Shown here: positions 49,005 to 64,000 of the stretch, one piece after another
Layout of the letters: every line of letters begins with the position of its first letter
Position numbering within the stretch: position 1 is the first letter of the stretch
Origin: the human T2T-CHM13v2.0 reference genome, Homo sapiens
Length of the DNA stretch: 64,000 nt
Reading direction: 5' to 3' (one strand)
Assembly: GCF_009914755.1 (NCBI RefSeq)
Contig: NC_060931.1
The notes under the pieces: generated by a model
Told to the model about the DNA's origin: nothing
What the model saw: the letters and a program-made list of their open reading frames with translations, nothing else
Database searches by the model: none
Position numbers and translations under genes: made by a program

Positions 49005-49870
49005 CTTTGTATTTTTTAACTTTTGTTGCTAAAATAATTCAAAATCTACAGAAAAGTTATAAAATTCCATGCCTGTATCAAAACCTCTCACGTACCCCAT
49101 AAATATATACATCTACTATGTGCCCACAAAAATAAAAATAATAAAATGATTTAGAAAATAATATAATATACTCACATGCTCACTTCACCCAGACTTAGTT
49201 GCAAGAAGCAAGAATATGTAAAGAACTCCTACACGCCTTTCACTCAGGTTCACCACCTGCTAACATTTTGCCACACTTGCTACATAACTCACTGTCTCAT
49301 ATGTAATCTCCTTCTATATATGTAATATATATAATATATACATATATGATTTATCCCTAAACCATTTGAGAGTAAGCAGCAGGCACCGTGCCTTTTTACT
49401 CGTAACCTTTACTGTGTGTATTTCCTAATAACAAAATATTCTCTTACATAATTACAGTATGGTACGATATCAAGAAAGTTAAAATTGACACAAAGTTATT
49501 GTCTAATCCACAGTCCATATTCAAATTTGGCCTGTTAGCCTAATGATGTCCTTTATAACATTTTTTTCTTGGTTAGTTTTCATATGCTGCCTTTATTTGC
49601 CATATCTTTTTAGCCACCTTTAATCAGGAATTGCTCATTTATCTTTCTTTGTCTTTCATAAATGACGTTGGCGTTTTCAGAAGTTACAGTACATGGTACA
49701 TTTCTGAAAATGTTTCTCAGTTTCAGTTTTCCTGCTAATGGCAATGCCCTTGCGGGCAGGATGATCACAGAAATGATATTGCATACTTGTCCGAGCATCA
49801 CAGTGGGAAGCACAGGATATTAGTTTGCCTCACGATTGAGGTGTTAACTTTGTTTACTACGTGATTTCTC
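49005..49870 (-). mobile_element. L1MC4-like 3' end containing a short + strand L1MA tail (~49068-49146)
   Basis: 'aaaataattcaaaatctacagaaaagtt', 'taacattttgccaca'; inserted 'catgcctgtatcaaaac...tactatgtgcccacaaaaat' matches the L1MA tail at ~28810-28875. Confidence 0.65.
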
Positions 49871-50117
49871 CTGCTCCTCACAATACCGTGTGAGAGTATG
49901 GATCAGTGGCATTCAATCCTTTTTGCACATTAGAATCATCTTGGAATTATACGACAGTAACGACTGTAATCTTGAATGTCCAGCCTTCACCCTAGATTGG
50001 TGATCTCCAAACTTGGCTGTACATTGCAATCAGATAGAAAGATTTTTTAAGTGCCGATGTCTTGTTCCCACATTCAGAGATTCTGACATATTTCATTTGG
50101 GTTGGCCTAGGCATTAG

Positions 50118-50437
<320 letters not shown>

Positions 50438-51049
50438 GCATTAGAATTTTTTAAAAGCCCTCCATGTGACTGAAGCCAAGGAGGAGAATCTCTGTGTTAG
50501 ATTGATGATGTCATGTTTTCTGAGGGTGGGCACTGGAATGTTTTCAAGGCTCTCCAGGGAAGCGTGTTGTGCAGCCACGGGTGAGAACCACAGGTATACA
50601 CCTGGAAGATTAGTACCTACATGTCATCAGAGGAAGCCTGGGGCTACACGGGCTTTCTCAAGGTCCCACAGCTGACGCGTGGTGGGGCCAACACAGGCTT
50701 TCTTTCCTGCTGACAGTAATTCTTCTCTGAATGAGGCAGAACCCAATTAGTTAATAACTATTTCACCTGGAAGGGAACCACAAGAGGTATTTTTCTCTTC
50801 TCAACCCAGGGAATCTCAGAGAAAAGTGAGTAATTACATTTAGGCTATTCTGTTACTGAATACATCCTTTCTACTCAAAGTATGATCCATGGTGCAGTTA
50901 CATGGATCTGAATCTCAGACCCCACCTCAGATCTCCTAAACCAAAATCTGAATGGCAATAAGGTCTCCAGGTGTTTTAAATTAAAATTAAATTAAAACCT
51001 GAGAAAATTAAAATCTGAGAAGCACTGGGCCATACTACCTGCCGTAATA

Positions 51050-51228
51050 CAGAGACTGACAAACTTTTAGGCTTTATGGGTCATGCTGTCTCTGTCACAA
51101 CTACTCGTTCTACCTTTATAGCACAAAAGCAGTGATTGACAATATGTAAATGGGTGGGTTTAGATGTGTTTACAATAATAAGTAGCAGGCTGTATTTGGC
51201 CCATGTGTCGTAATTTGCTGACCTCAGC
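51050..51228. mobile_element. MER58A hAT element, preceded by a MER5 fragment (~50860-51030)
   Basis: 'ttttaggcttt..gggtcat..gtctctgtcacaactactc...tttggccc...tttgctgacc'. Confidence 0.75.
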
Positions 51229-53575
51229 TCCAATGTGGTGAAGGAAGATTGAGAGAAATGATACGGGCTCATAAAATTGGGAAATTCAGACCCTGCATCT
51301 GGCACTTACTAGGTTTGTGACCTTTGACAAATTACTTAACCCCCTGGGCCTCATCTGCAAAATTGTGTAAAGAAAATCCTATTGCATTGGATTGAAAATG
51401 ATCAAGTAAGAGGGCATGTTAAATGTCTGACTGGTAGAAGACACCCAGTGAATGCCAGTGTCCTTCTTTCCTTACAATTCTTTTTGTATATAAATTCAAT
51501 AAGTCGGGCAGTGTTTTCAACAGGGCACCACAGCACAAATAAACCAAACGTACTTCTGTCCAAAACAGCATTTTAATTTGGCTTCGAAGGTTCTCTTATT
51601 TGCATTTGATTGTGAGAAAGTCTGACCATCTAAAAACTTCCAACATGTCTAATTAAATGATGATACCACACTACAGAAGTCGAGCCTCAAAACACTAGAA
51701 ACCCATCACTTTTATCCTTCTCCCTTCCCACATTGTCCCTCCCCTTTCCCCTTCTCTACAGTTCATTCTCTCTAGAAGATGAAAGGCCCCAACCTCAGCC
51801 AACCTCTTTCTCTAAGTTCAGGTCTGTCTGACTCATAACTTCCCTGAGGGAGAGAAGAAAAGAGAAGAAAATAGAAAGTGAAGTGATTTTGCTTAAAAGA
51901 CCTTGCTGAGTTAGAGTTGGGGAAGGTGGTAGTTCTGGTTTAAGGATGAGATTTCCAAATACTTTTAACAGGATGATTCAACAGCAGAGAAAATTGTCAA
52001 ATACGACTTATGCCATGCTGAAGATGGTCTATCAGGCAATGATGACAGCAATTAAGGAGGAGGTAGTCAGTGAGTAGTGACATCTATGATGTGCATAACC
52101 CTAAACTAATTATAAAACAAGGGTCTAGGCAGGAGACTGGCATCTTTTCTAAGCAACTTGGAAATCAGCAAGAAAATATAGTTCTCATTTTAGTTGTCAA
52201 CAAATTGGTAGCAAGAAGCTGATGGACAAATACACATGGAGGACAAAAAAAATAAAACTTGGATGATGCAAAGAGAGTGATAAAATGAAATAGCGTCACA
52301 TCATCTTAGAGACTTATTATAGTACAGATAACCTCCACATAGAATCCCAGAAATGTGGCCCATGAAGGATAGTGTTTGATTAGCAAGAGTTTATAATTTT
52401 GTGACATATCTAATTTGTTATCAGAGCCACTCTAGTACAAGAAGCCCTGGGGATTTCATTTGCAATGATAATTTGATCACCCTTATGGTTCTTTTCTCTC
52501 TGACTCATCCATTGAAGTAATCAAGAAGATGTAATAAAGATCTGTGGATCCCCAAAAGAGAGCTATTCAGACTTTCAAAAGGCTGGAGAGTAGGCAATTG
52601 GGTTAAGAAAATGGCAAGCCCCTACATCTTACCATACACAAAGAGAAAATGCACCTGAGAAATAAGTGGATGTAAATCCCTACCAGAGTTCTACCTTAAA
52701 AAGGTGTGGACTGGATGAAAGAGTGGCTGTAAGAGTGAAAAACATTGACCTTGATTCAAGAAGTGTACCAGAGTGAAGGCTGTGGATCTCACTCCAAAGT
52801 TATACTTGGCCTGGATGCTTTCCTGTCATAGTGGACAGGAAGTGTGGGTGAGGGGGTCTGCATCAGTGACCTCTAGATTGCACATAAATGACGAAGGTTC
52901 TTTGGCATGGCTGCAACATTTCATTGACCCTCTTGTATGTATGAATAAACAAAACCCAGCAGGTAAAAAGATTCAGCAGTTCAAAAGAAAAGGAATAAAG
53001 TTAAGAAATTACAATAAATGTCAATTTTTTTAGTTAATGTTTTCAATTAGATCCCAGATGACTGACTGTAGGCAGAAAATGTTGGAAAATAAATATTCAA
53101 TATTCACAAAAATTGTTTCAGACAATACACTTCATCGATAACTTTAAAAAAATACTATGCAAGTAATGACTAGTAAGTTGAATAATGAAAGAAACTCAAA
53201 AAATGGCAAAAATTGCACTAAAAACATTGTCTCAGAACTAAGAGGAAAAAGATAAAGATAACAATATAATGATAAGCAAAATGACAAGAGACTAGGAAAA
53301 ATGATCTAGGAGATCCAGCATACATGATATAGGTAGTGCAGGAGGATAATATTGAGGACAAAGAGAAGCAAAATAAAATAAATAATTGAGTAGAAGTTGT
53401 CCAAGATGAAAAAAAAATTGAATCTTACCAGGAAAAGGACATCAACTATCAGATGATAATAATAATAATAATAATAAAATCACCTATAGAGAAAAAAAAT
53501 CAAGATAGAACCAAAACTTTGTTCTTTACCACACTGAATACTAAATACAAATGAAACTTTTCTATGAGATTTTTA

Positions 53576-53983
53576 TTTTATTTTATTATTATTATACTTT
53601 AAGTTTTAGGGTACATGTGCACAATGTGCAGGTTAGTTACATATGTATACTTGTGCCATGCTGGTGTGCTGCACCCATTAACTCGTCATTTAGCATTAGG
53701 TATATCTCCTAATGCTATCCCTCCCCCTCCCCCCACCCCACAACAGTCCCCAGAGTGTGATGTTCCCCTTCCTGTGTCCATGTGTTCTCACTGTTCAATT
53801 CCCACCTATGAGTGAGAATACGCGGTGTTGGGTTTTTTGTTCTTGTGATGGTTTACTGAGAGTGATGATTTCCAATTTCATCCATGTCCCTACAAAGGAC
53901 ATGAACTCATCATTTTTTATGGCTGCATAGTATTCCATGGTGTATATGTGCCACATTTTCTTAATCCAGTCTATCATTGTTGG
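53576..53983 (-). mobile_element. 5'-truncated L1PA3-like 3' end
   Basis: ORF2 C-terminus (53795-53977) plus 3'UTR; exact 15-bp TSD tctatgagattttta 53561-53575 / 53984-53998. Confidence 0.95.
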
Positions 53984-54248
53984 TCTATGAGATTTTTAAG
54001 GCAAGTCTTGCATACATACCTTTTAAGGGGAAAAAAAATCTATACTCAGCCAAGCTATAACTGATTTATGAGATCATTAAGATATTCTGAGATATGCAAG
54101 AACTTTATAAAATGTTCTCCAGTGAGACAGGTAATTGAGCCAACTGAAATAAATAAATAGATAAAATAATTAACTCAGGAAAAGTGAAGATGTGCTATAA
54201 ACATATAGATATAAAATGATGAAACTGCTTAAACCTATATTTAATGTC

Positions 54249-54610
54249 TGTCTTAGTCTGTTTTCTGCTGCTACAAAAGAACACTAGACACTTGGTAATT
54301 AATTAAAAGCCAGAAGTTTATTTGGCTCATGGTTCTGGAGGCTGGGGAGTTCAAGAACATGGTGCCAGCATCTGGTGAGGTTATTCCATGGCAGAAAGGT
54401 GGATTGTGGAAGCAAGCACATGAGACAGAGAGAAAAAGGTGGCTGAACTCCCATGATAACTAACCCATTCCTATAATAACAATGTTAATCCATTTATAAA
54501 GGCAGAGCCCTTATTACCTGATTACCTCTGAAAGATCCTACCTCTTAATAACATTAGGATGATACTTAAATTTCAACATGAGTTTTGGAGGGGACATTCA
54601 AACCATAGCA
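54249..54610 (-). mobile_element. MST (MaLR) solo LTR, MSTB1/C-like
   Basis: 'tgtcttagtctgttttctgctgcta'...'cattcaaaccatagca'; TSD atgtc / atgtg. Confidence 0.88.
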
Positions 54611-55602
54611 ATGTGCAATAACTGTTATTAATATGTTTTCCTCCATAAGAAGCATGGCTTAGTTGACTTATTTAAAACTAAGATATTAAAAAAAATTAAA
54701 AATAGTATATTACTTTAAAGCAAGCAAACAGACTAACAAAACAAAATACTTCAGTGTGCATTCTCTGTTTCTACCACCACAATCTAGACTAAGTAGCTAT
54801 GTTCTCTTTTTAATAGCTCTAATACAGCATAAAGGCTGGCAAAATGTCAAAAAATTTTTGAAAACTAATACATGTAATTATTGCCATTATTAATAAGGGC
54901 AATCTGGATCTAAAATCCTCATTTATCCCAATTGTGATAACTAGGAGAAGGACGTAAAAAATAAAATGTAGACACATCTTACAATTTGCAGCTTGCATAG
55001 TGGACGTTAATAGACACTATTACCAATCACAATATGGAAAAAGGGCTAAGAGAACTTGATTTCCTATTGAAACAGAAACATCAAAATGCTAATTACATAA
55101 TTGCTAGTAAATAGATATTTAAAAGATGCCAGAAAAATCATCAAGGCAATATGACAAAAGCTATAAATTGGGAAAATGTCTTGTTATCAATTTGTATACT
55201 TTTAAACATCCCTTAATTACAGTAGTTCAGGAATTTTGCTATTTTCCATTTGAATACTCCATATCAAGTAAGCTACACAGACAAGATGTGCCCCTCTTGG
55301 TTGACAGGTATGTCTTTCAGGCCTGAATTAAAAAATCTATTTTCATTTATTATAGTCATGCAACCAAAAAGCTTTCCTCTCTGATTTCTCAAGCAGCAGC
55401 AATTTAGGAATGACATAGCTAGAAGCAACAAGAAATAAACATCAACAGCCTTAAAGGGAGAGAGGTATGCTAAGCAGTAAAAGCAGAATGAAAAATGAAT
55501 AGGAGGCACAGATGCTCTCACAGCAGAGCAACCTCGGGGCATTTAGTGTGAGGCAAATGCTCAGTCCCTCACTTACAGGTGGAATAAAGAGTGTCATCAT
55601 TT

Positions 55603-56079
55603 TGTGGTAAGTTGAAGAATGGTCCCCAAAAGATGTCCACGTCTAAATTTCCAGAATTTCTGAATATGTTACCTTACATGGAAAAAATACTTTGAAGATG
55701 TGATTAAAGATTTTGAGATGAGGATAATATTTTGGATTAGCTTGGTGGGCCCAAAGAAATCACAGGGGTCTTCACCAAGAGGGAGGCAGAAGAGTTAGAG
55801 AAGGAGAAGTGAGGATGAAAAAGAGAGATTTGAAGATGCTACACTGCTGGCTTTGAGTATTAAGGAAGAAGCCACAAGCCAAGGAATGCAGGTGGCCTCT
55901 AGAAGCTGTAAAAAGGCATGGAAATGGCTTCTGCCCTACAGCCTTCAGAAAGATTGCCCCCCGAACAACACCTTGATTTCAGGACTCTGAACTTCAAAAC
56001 CATGAACAAATTAATTGGTGTTACTTTAAGCCACTAAATGTATATTGATTTGTTACAACAGCAAGAGGAAACTAATACA
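55603..56079 (+). mobile_element. MLT1C/D (MaLR) solo LTR
   Basis: 'tgtggta...ggtccccaaaagatgtccacgtc'...'gttacaacagcaagaggaaactaataca'. Confidence 0.88.
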
Positions 56080-57246
56080 ATACAACATTATATTTAAGTG
56101 GCACATCTTGATTCACCAATTTATAATGAAAAATTCACATTTCAAGTTCATATTATAATAATTCCAGTTCCCTGTCTTGCTGATTATGAAAATCTATTTT
56201 TCTCTTTCAATCTCCTTTTTCCATATCAGGGCAAAGAATCCCAGAGTCAGTGATTACTTAGTCTAAAAGCATCAGATCTTGTCACTAACACTCCTGCCGA
56301 AGACACTAGAATGTCTGGTCAGTTTGCTTAAAGGGAACATTATCCACAGCTGCTGCTACTGTTACGGCCACACATTCATGCAGCAATAATAGGAAGTCCA
56401 GAGCCTCAAATCAAGATCTAGTCAACTGCAGAAACACAGAGGGTCATGGCCACCATCCAAAGTAACAGTGTTTCCTCAGGATACAGGAGAAAATGTCTGG
56501 CTCCTGAGCATTACTCTCAGCTAGGGGTGCTTCATGACAGGGTAAACCTGGGTTCCCAGTGCTCCAGTTCTGCAGTGATACAGCTCTTTCAGCCTGTGGA
56601 CATGTGGGTATTCTTCCAGGCAAATTCACAGCATCCAGGCAGCTAGATTCGGAAGGGACATGATCTGAGCCAAAGGCAGGTCCCAAACCAGCTTTTCCTA
56701 CAGTAGATCTGATCTTAGTATAGAGCCTGGAGCCCCAAATCAAGGTGTCCCCCACTTAACGGTCTATTTCCTTTTGGAGACCCCAGTGCCTTCTTCTGGT
56801 TGGCCTCAGTCAGGATCACTCAGTCCAATGGATGTGTTTAACTAACTCGGAGCTTGAAAATAAAGATCTTTAGCCCTCCCTTCTTTGAAGATACTCCTCC
56901 CTAGTATCCCTTAGTAAAACACAGTGGTCTTCTGCCCCAACTACCCAAGAGTGAGAGCCCTGGGCCTGCCTCAGGGTCATCCTAGAGACTTATTCTAAAT
57001 ATATAGGATTTACTATTAAATGTTCTTTCTCTTTGAGAAAAGTTATAAATTTCTATCTCATGTAGCTTCTCACTTCACATATTTGATTTAATAATGATGA
57101 CCTTGAATCATTAAAATAGTTATGGTCTGACTTACTGAGGGTCTAACCGGTCAGTAAACCAATGAGTGGCTTGTGTCTTTGATAACCATGGTTTGGAATA
57201 AAGCCAAACTTTTTGATGTCCCAGCATCAAACTTTTTCAAGGAGCC

Positions 57247-57289
57247 TGTATTAATCAGTTCTCATGCTGCTAATAAAGACATACTGGAG
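57247..57289 (-). mobile_element. THE1B/C LTR, short left piece
   Basis: 'tgtattaatcagttctcatgctgctaataaagacatac', preceded by TSD gagcc (57242-57246). Confidence 0.85.
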
Positions 57290-58194
57290 GCGGGGAGGAG
57301 CCAAGATGGCTGAATAGGAACAGCTCCGGTCTACCTCCCAGCTTGAGCAACGCAGAAGACAGGTGATTTCTGCGTTTCCATCTGAGGTACCGGGTTCATC
57401 TCACAAGGGAGTGCCAGACAGTGGGCGCAGGTCAGTGGGTGCGTGCACCGTGCGCAAGCCAAAGCAGGGCGAGGCATTGCCTCACTTGGGAAGCGCAAGG
57501 GGTCAGGGAGTTCCCTTTCCTAGTCAAAGAAAGGGGTGACGGACAGCACCTGGAAAATCGGGTCACTCCCACCCGAATACTGCGCTTTTCCGACGGGCTT
57601 AAAAAACGGCGCACCACGAGATTATATCCCGCACCTGGCTCGGAGGGTCCTATGCCCAAGGAGTCTCGCTGATTGCTAGCACAGCAGTCTGAGATCAAAC
57701 TGCAAGGCGGCAGCGAGGCTGGGGGAGGGGCGCCTGCCATTGCCCAGGCTTGATTAGGTAAACAAAGCAGCCAGGAAGCTCAAGCTGGGTGGAGCCCACC
57801 ACAGCTCAAGGAGACCTGCCTGCCTCTGTAGGCTCCACCTCTGGGGGCAGGGCACAGACAAACAAAAAGACAGCAGTAACTTCTGCAGACTTAAATGTCT
57901 CTGTCTGACAGCTTTGAAGAGAGCAGTGGTTCTCCCAGTACGCAGCTGGAGATCTGAGAACGGGCAGACTGCCTCCTCAAGTGGGCCTCTGACCCCTGAC
58001 CCCTGAGCAGCCTAACTGGGAGGCACCCCCAGCAGGGGCACACTGACACCTCACACGGCTGGGTATTCCAACAGACCTGCAGCTGAGGGTCCTGTCTGTT
58101 AGAAGGAAAACTAACAAACAGAAAGGACATCCACACCGAAAACCCATCTGTACATCACCATCATCAAAGACCAAAAGTAGATAAAACCACAAAG
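57290..58194. promoter_or_regulatory. L1 5'UTR: internal sense promoter and antisense promoter
   Basis: YY1 site caagatggc at 57302-57310; the longest CpG-rich stretch of the window; promoter role from established L1 biology. Confidence 0.75.
57432..57740 (-). CDS. ORF0: L1 antisense ORF0, open, 102 aa
   Basis: MAGAPPPASLPPCSLISDCCASNQRDS... is the ORF0 N-terminus; gcaATGg strong Kozak context; expression not shown. Confidence 0.7.
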   Translation of the reverse strand: MAGAPPPASLPPCSLISDCCASNQRDSLGIGPSEPGAGYNLVVRRFLSPSEKRSIRVGVTRFSRCCPSPLSLTRKGNSLTPCASQVRQCLALLWLAHGARTH

Positions 58195-59210
58195 ATGGGA
58201 AAAAAACAGAACAGAAAAACTGGAAACTCTAAAAAGCAGAGGGCCTCTCCTCCTCCAAAGGAACACAGCTCCTCACCAGCAACGGAACAAAGCTGGATGG
58301 AGAATGACTTTGATGAGCTGAGAGAAGAAGGCTTCAGACGATCAAATTACTCTGAGCTACGGGAGGACATTCAAACCAAAGGCAAAGAAGTTGAAAACTT
58401 TGAAAAAAATTTAGAAGAATGTATAACTAGAATAACTGATATAGAGAAGTGCTTAAAGGAGCTGATGGAGCTGAAAACCAAGGCTCGAGAACTACATGAA
58501 GAATGCAGAAGCCTCAGGAGCCGATGTGATCAACTGGAAGAAAGGGTATCAGCAATGGAAGATGAAATGAATGAAATGAAGTGAGAAGGGAAGTTTAGAG
58601 AAAAAAGAATAAAAAGAAATGAGCAAAGCCTCCAAGAAATATGGGACTATGTGAAAAGACCAAATCTACATCTGATTGATATACCTGAAAGTGATAGGGA
58701 GAACGGAACCAAGTTGGAAAACACTCTGCAGGATATTATCCAGGAGAACTTCCCCAATCTAGCAAGGCAGGCCAACGTTCAGATTCAGGAAATACAGAGA
58801 ACGCCACAAAGATACTCCTCGAGAAGAGCAACTCCAAGACACATAATTGTCAGATTCACCAAAGTTGAAATGAAGGAAAAAATGTTAAGGGCAGCCAGAG
58901 AGAAAGGTCAGGTTACCCTCAAAGGGAAGCCCATCAGACTAACAGCGGATCTCTCGGCAGAAACCCTACAAGCCAGAAGAGAGTGGGGGCCAATATTCAA
59001 CATTCTTAAAGAAAAGAATTTTCAATCCAGAATTTCATATCCAGCCAAACTAAGCTTCATAAGTGAAGGAGAAATAAAATACTTTACAGACAAGCAAATG
59101 CTGAGAGATTTTGTCACCACCAGGCCTGCCTAAAAGAGCTCCTGAAGGAAGCACTAAATATGGAAGGGAACAACCGGTACCAGCTGCTGCAAAATCATGC
59201 CAAAATGTAA
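58195..59210 (+). pseudogene. L1 ORF1p, disrupted
   Basis: MGKKQNRKTGNSK start; premature TGA 58582-58584 (CGA>TGA) and 1-bp frameshift near 59130. Confidence 0.93.
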
Positions 59211-59258
59211 AGACCATCGAGACTAGGAAGAAACTGCATCAACTAATGAGCAAAATAA

Positions 59259-62914
<3,656 letters not shown>

Positions 62915-63144
62915 ACAATGAGATCACATGGACATAGGAAGGGGAATATCACACTCTGGGTACTGTTGTGGGGTGGGGGGAGGGGGGAGTGATAGTACTG
63001 GGAGATATACCTAATGCTAGATGACGAGTTAGTGGGTGCAGCGCACCAGCATGTCACATGTATACATATGTAACTAACCTGGCACAATGTGCACATGTAC
63101 CCTAAAACTTAAAAGTATAATAATAATAAAAGAAAAAAAAAAAA

Positions 63145-63322
63145 GAAAGGAACAGAGCCTGAGAAATCGCTGTTAGAATGATTAGTGCATATATTGCCCA
63201 AACCTTTAATGGTTTTTATGGCTGTCCTTCAGAACGCCCCACCTTAAAAAAGTCTTTATTAAACTTAGAGCATTTAAGTGTAAAAAAAAAAACAAAAAAA
63301 AACAAGACAAACAAAAAAAAAA
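63145..63322 (+). other. L1 3'-transduced unique segment with second A-rich tail
   Basis: Non-L1 sequence 63145-63281, ATTAAA 63258-63263, tail 63282-63322, then right TSD. Confidence 0.88.
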
Positions 63323-63652
63323 CACATACTCGAGACTGGGTAATTCATAAAGAAAAAAAGGATTTAATGGACCCTCAATTCCACATGGCTGGGAGGTTTC
63401 ACAATTATGGCAGAAGACAAAGGAGAAAGTCACATCTTACATGGCGGCAGGCCAGAGAGCTTGTGCAGGGGAACTCCCATTTATAAAACCATCAGATCTT
63501 GTGAGACTTATTCACTATCACAAGAACAGCACGGGAAAGACCTGCCCCCATGATTCAATTACCTCCCACTGGGTCCCTCCCACAACACGTGGGAATTATG
63601 AGAGCTACAATTCAAGATGAGATTTGGGTGGGGACACAGCCAAATTATATCA
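63320..63652 (-). mobile_element. THE1B/C LTR, remainder
   Basis: Resumes 'acatactcgagactgggtaatt', ends 'caaattatatca', followed by TSD gagcc (63653-63657). Confidence 0.92.
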
Positions 63653-64000
63653 GAGCCCATACAAACAATTGTTGGGAACTATTCTGGACCAGTCAGATTT
63701 TATCAAAATTCCCATGTCTCCTTTGACTCTACTAATTTGGATCTGAGAATGAACTATATACAGTTTTGTTCATATCTGAGGGCTCTTGGCATTGAGAAGA
63801 TGAAAACTCTTGGCCATGAACTGTTAGCCATTGAGACTGCCTTGTGGGTTAAAAGCCTCATGTTACATTCCTGTTACATACATTTAAAAAGTTGTTCCTG
63901 CTCCCCTTGGGTGGCTGATAAATATGTAAAGAGGCTGGGACAGGATTTTCTATTCTAGGGTGCTCTTGCCTCATGTCCAGCCCCTTCCATCCAGGCAAGT

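Larger units (their letters stand above)
52950..55220 (+). mobile_element. Ancient L1 ORF1-like relic (HAL1/L1ME type), interrupted by an L1PA fragment and an MST LTR
   Basis: Purine-rich; 'atctaggagatccagcatac' and 'tctatactcagccaagctat...gatattctgagatatgcaagaact' resemble L1 ORF1 C-terminal DNA. Confidence 0.45.

Overview
Primate (human-like; AluY and L1PA2-type elements present) AT-rich, CpG-poor, repeat-dominated DNA. I recognise no host protein-coding exon, RNA gene or CRISPR array. The ORF track consists of LINE-1 remnants plus chance or repeat-derived ORFs. Main content: a full-length decayed L1PA7-like element (+, 764-7165) inside a Tigger2a that itself sits in an L1MC; a full-length old L1MA-like element (-, ~9421-16620) in the same L1MC; a full-length L1PA2-like element (+, ~57290-63144) inside a THE1 LTR; seven Alus; several MaLR/ERV1 solo LTRs; DNA transposons; MIR/L2 relics. 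The best-supported non-obvious structure is that both full-length L1PA insertions carry 3' transductions: extra DNA, a second poly(A) signal and a second poly(A) tail inside the target-site duplication (TSD). The young L1 also keeps an open antisense ORF0, lacks the ZNF93-binding segment, has a 186-bp in-frame endonuclease deletion and retains an open RT/C-terminal frame. I found no evidence for a new biological system; these are locus-specific instances of known retrotransposon biology. Subfamily names come from my recall of consensus sequences, not a database run, and boundaries of old repeats are approximate.
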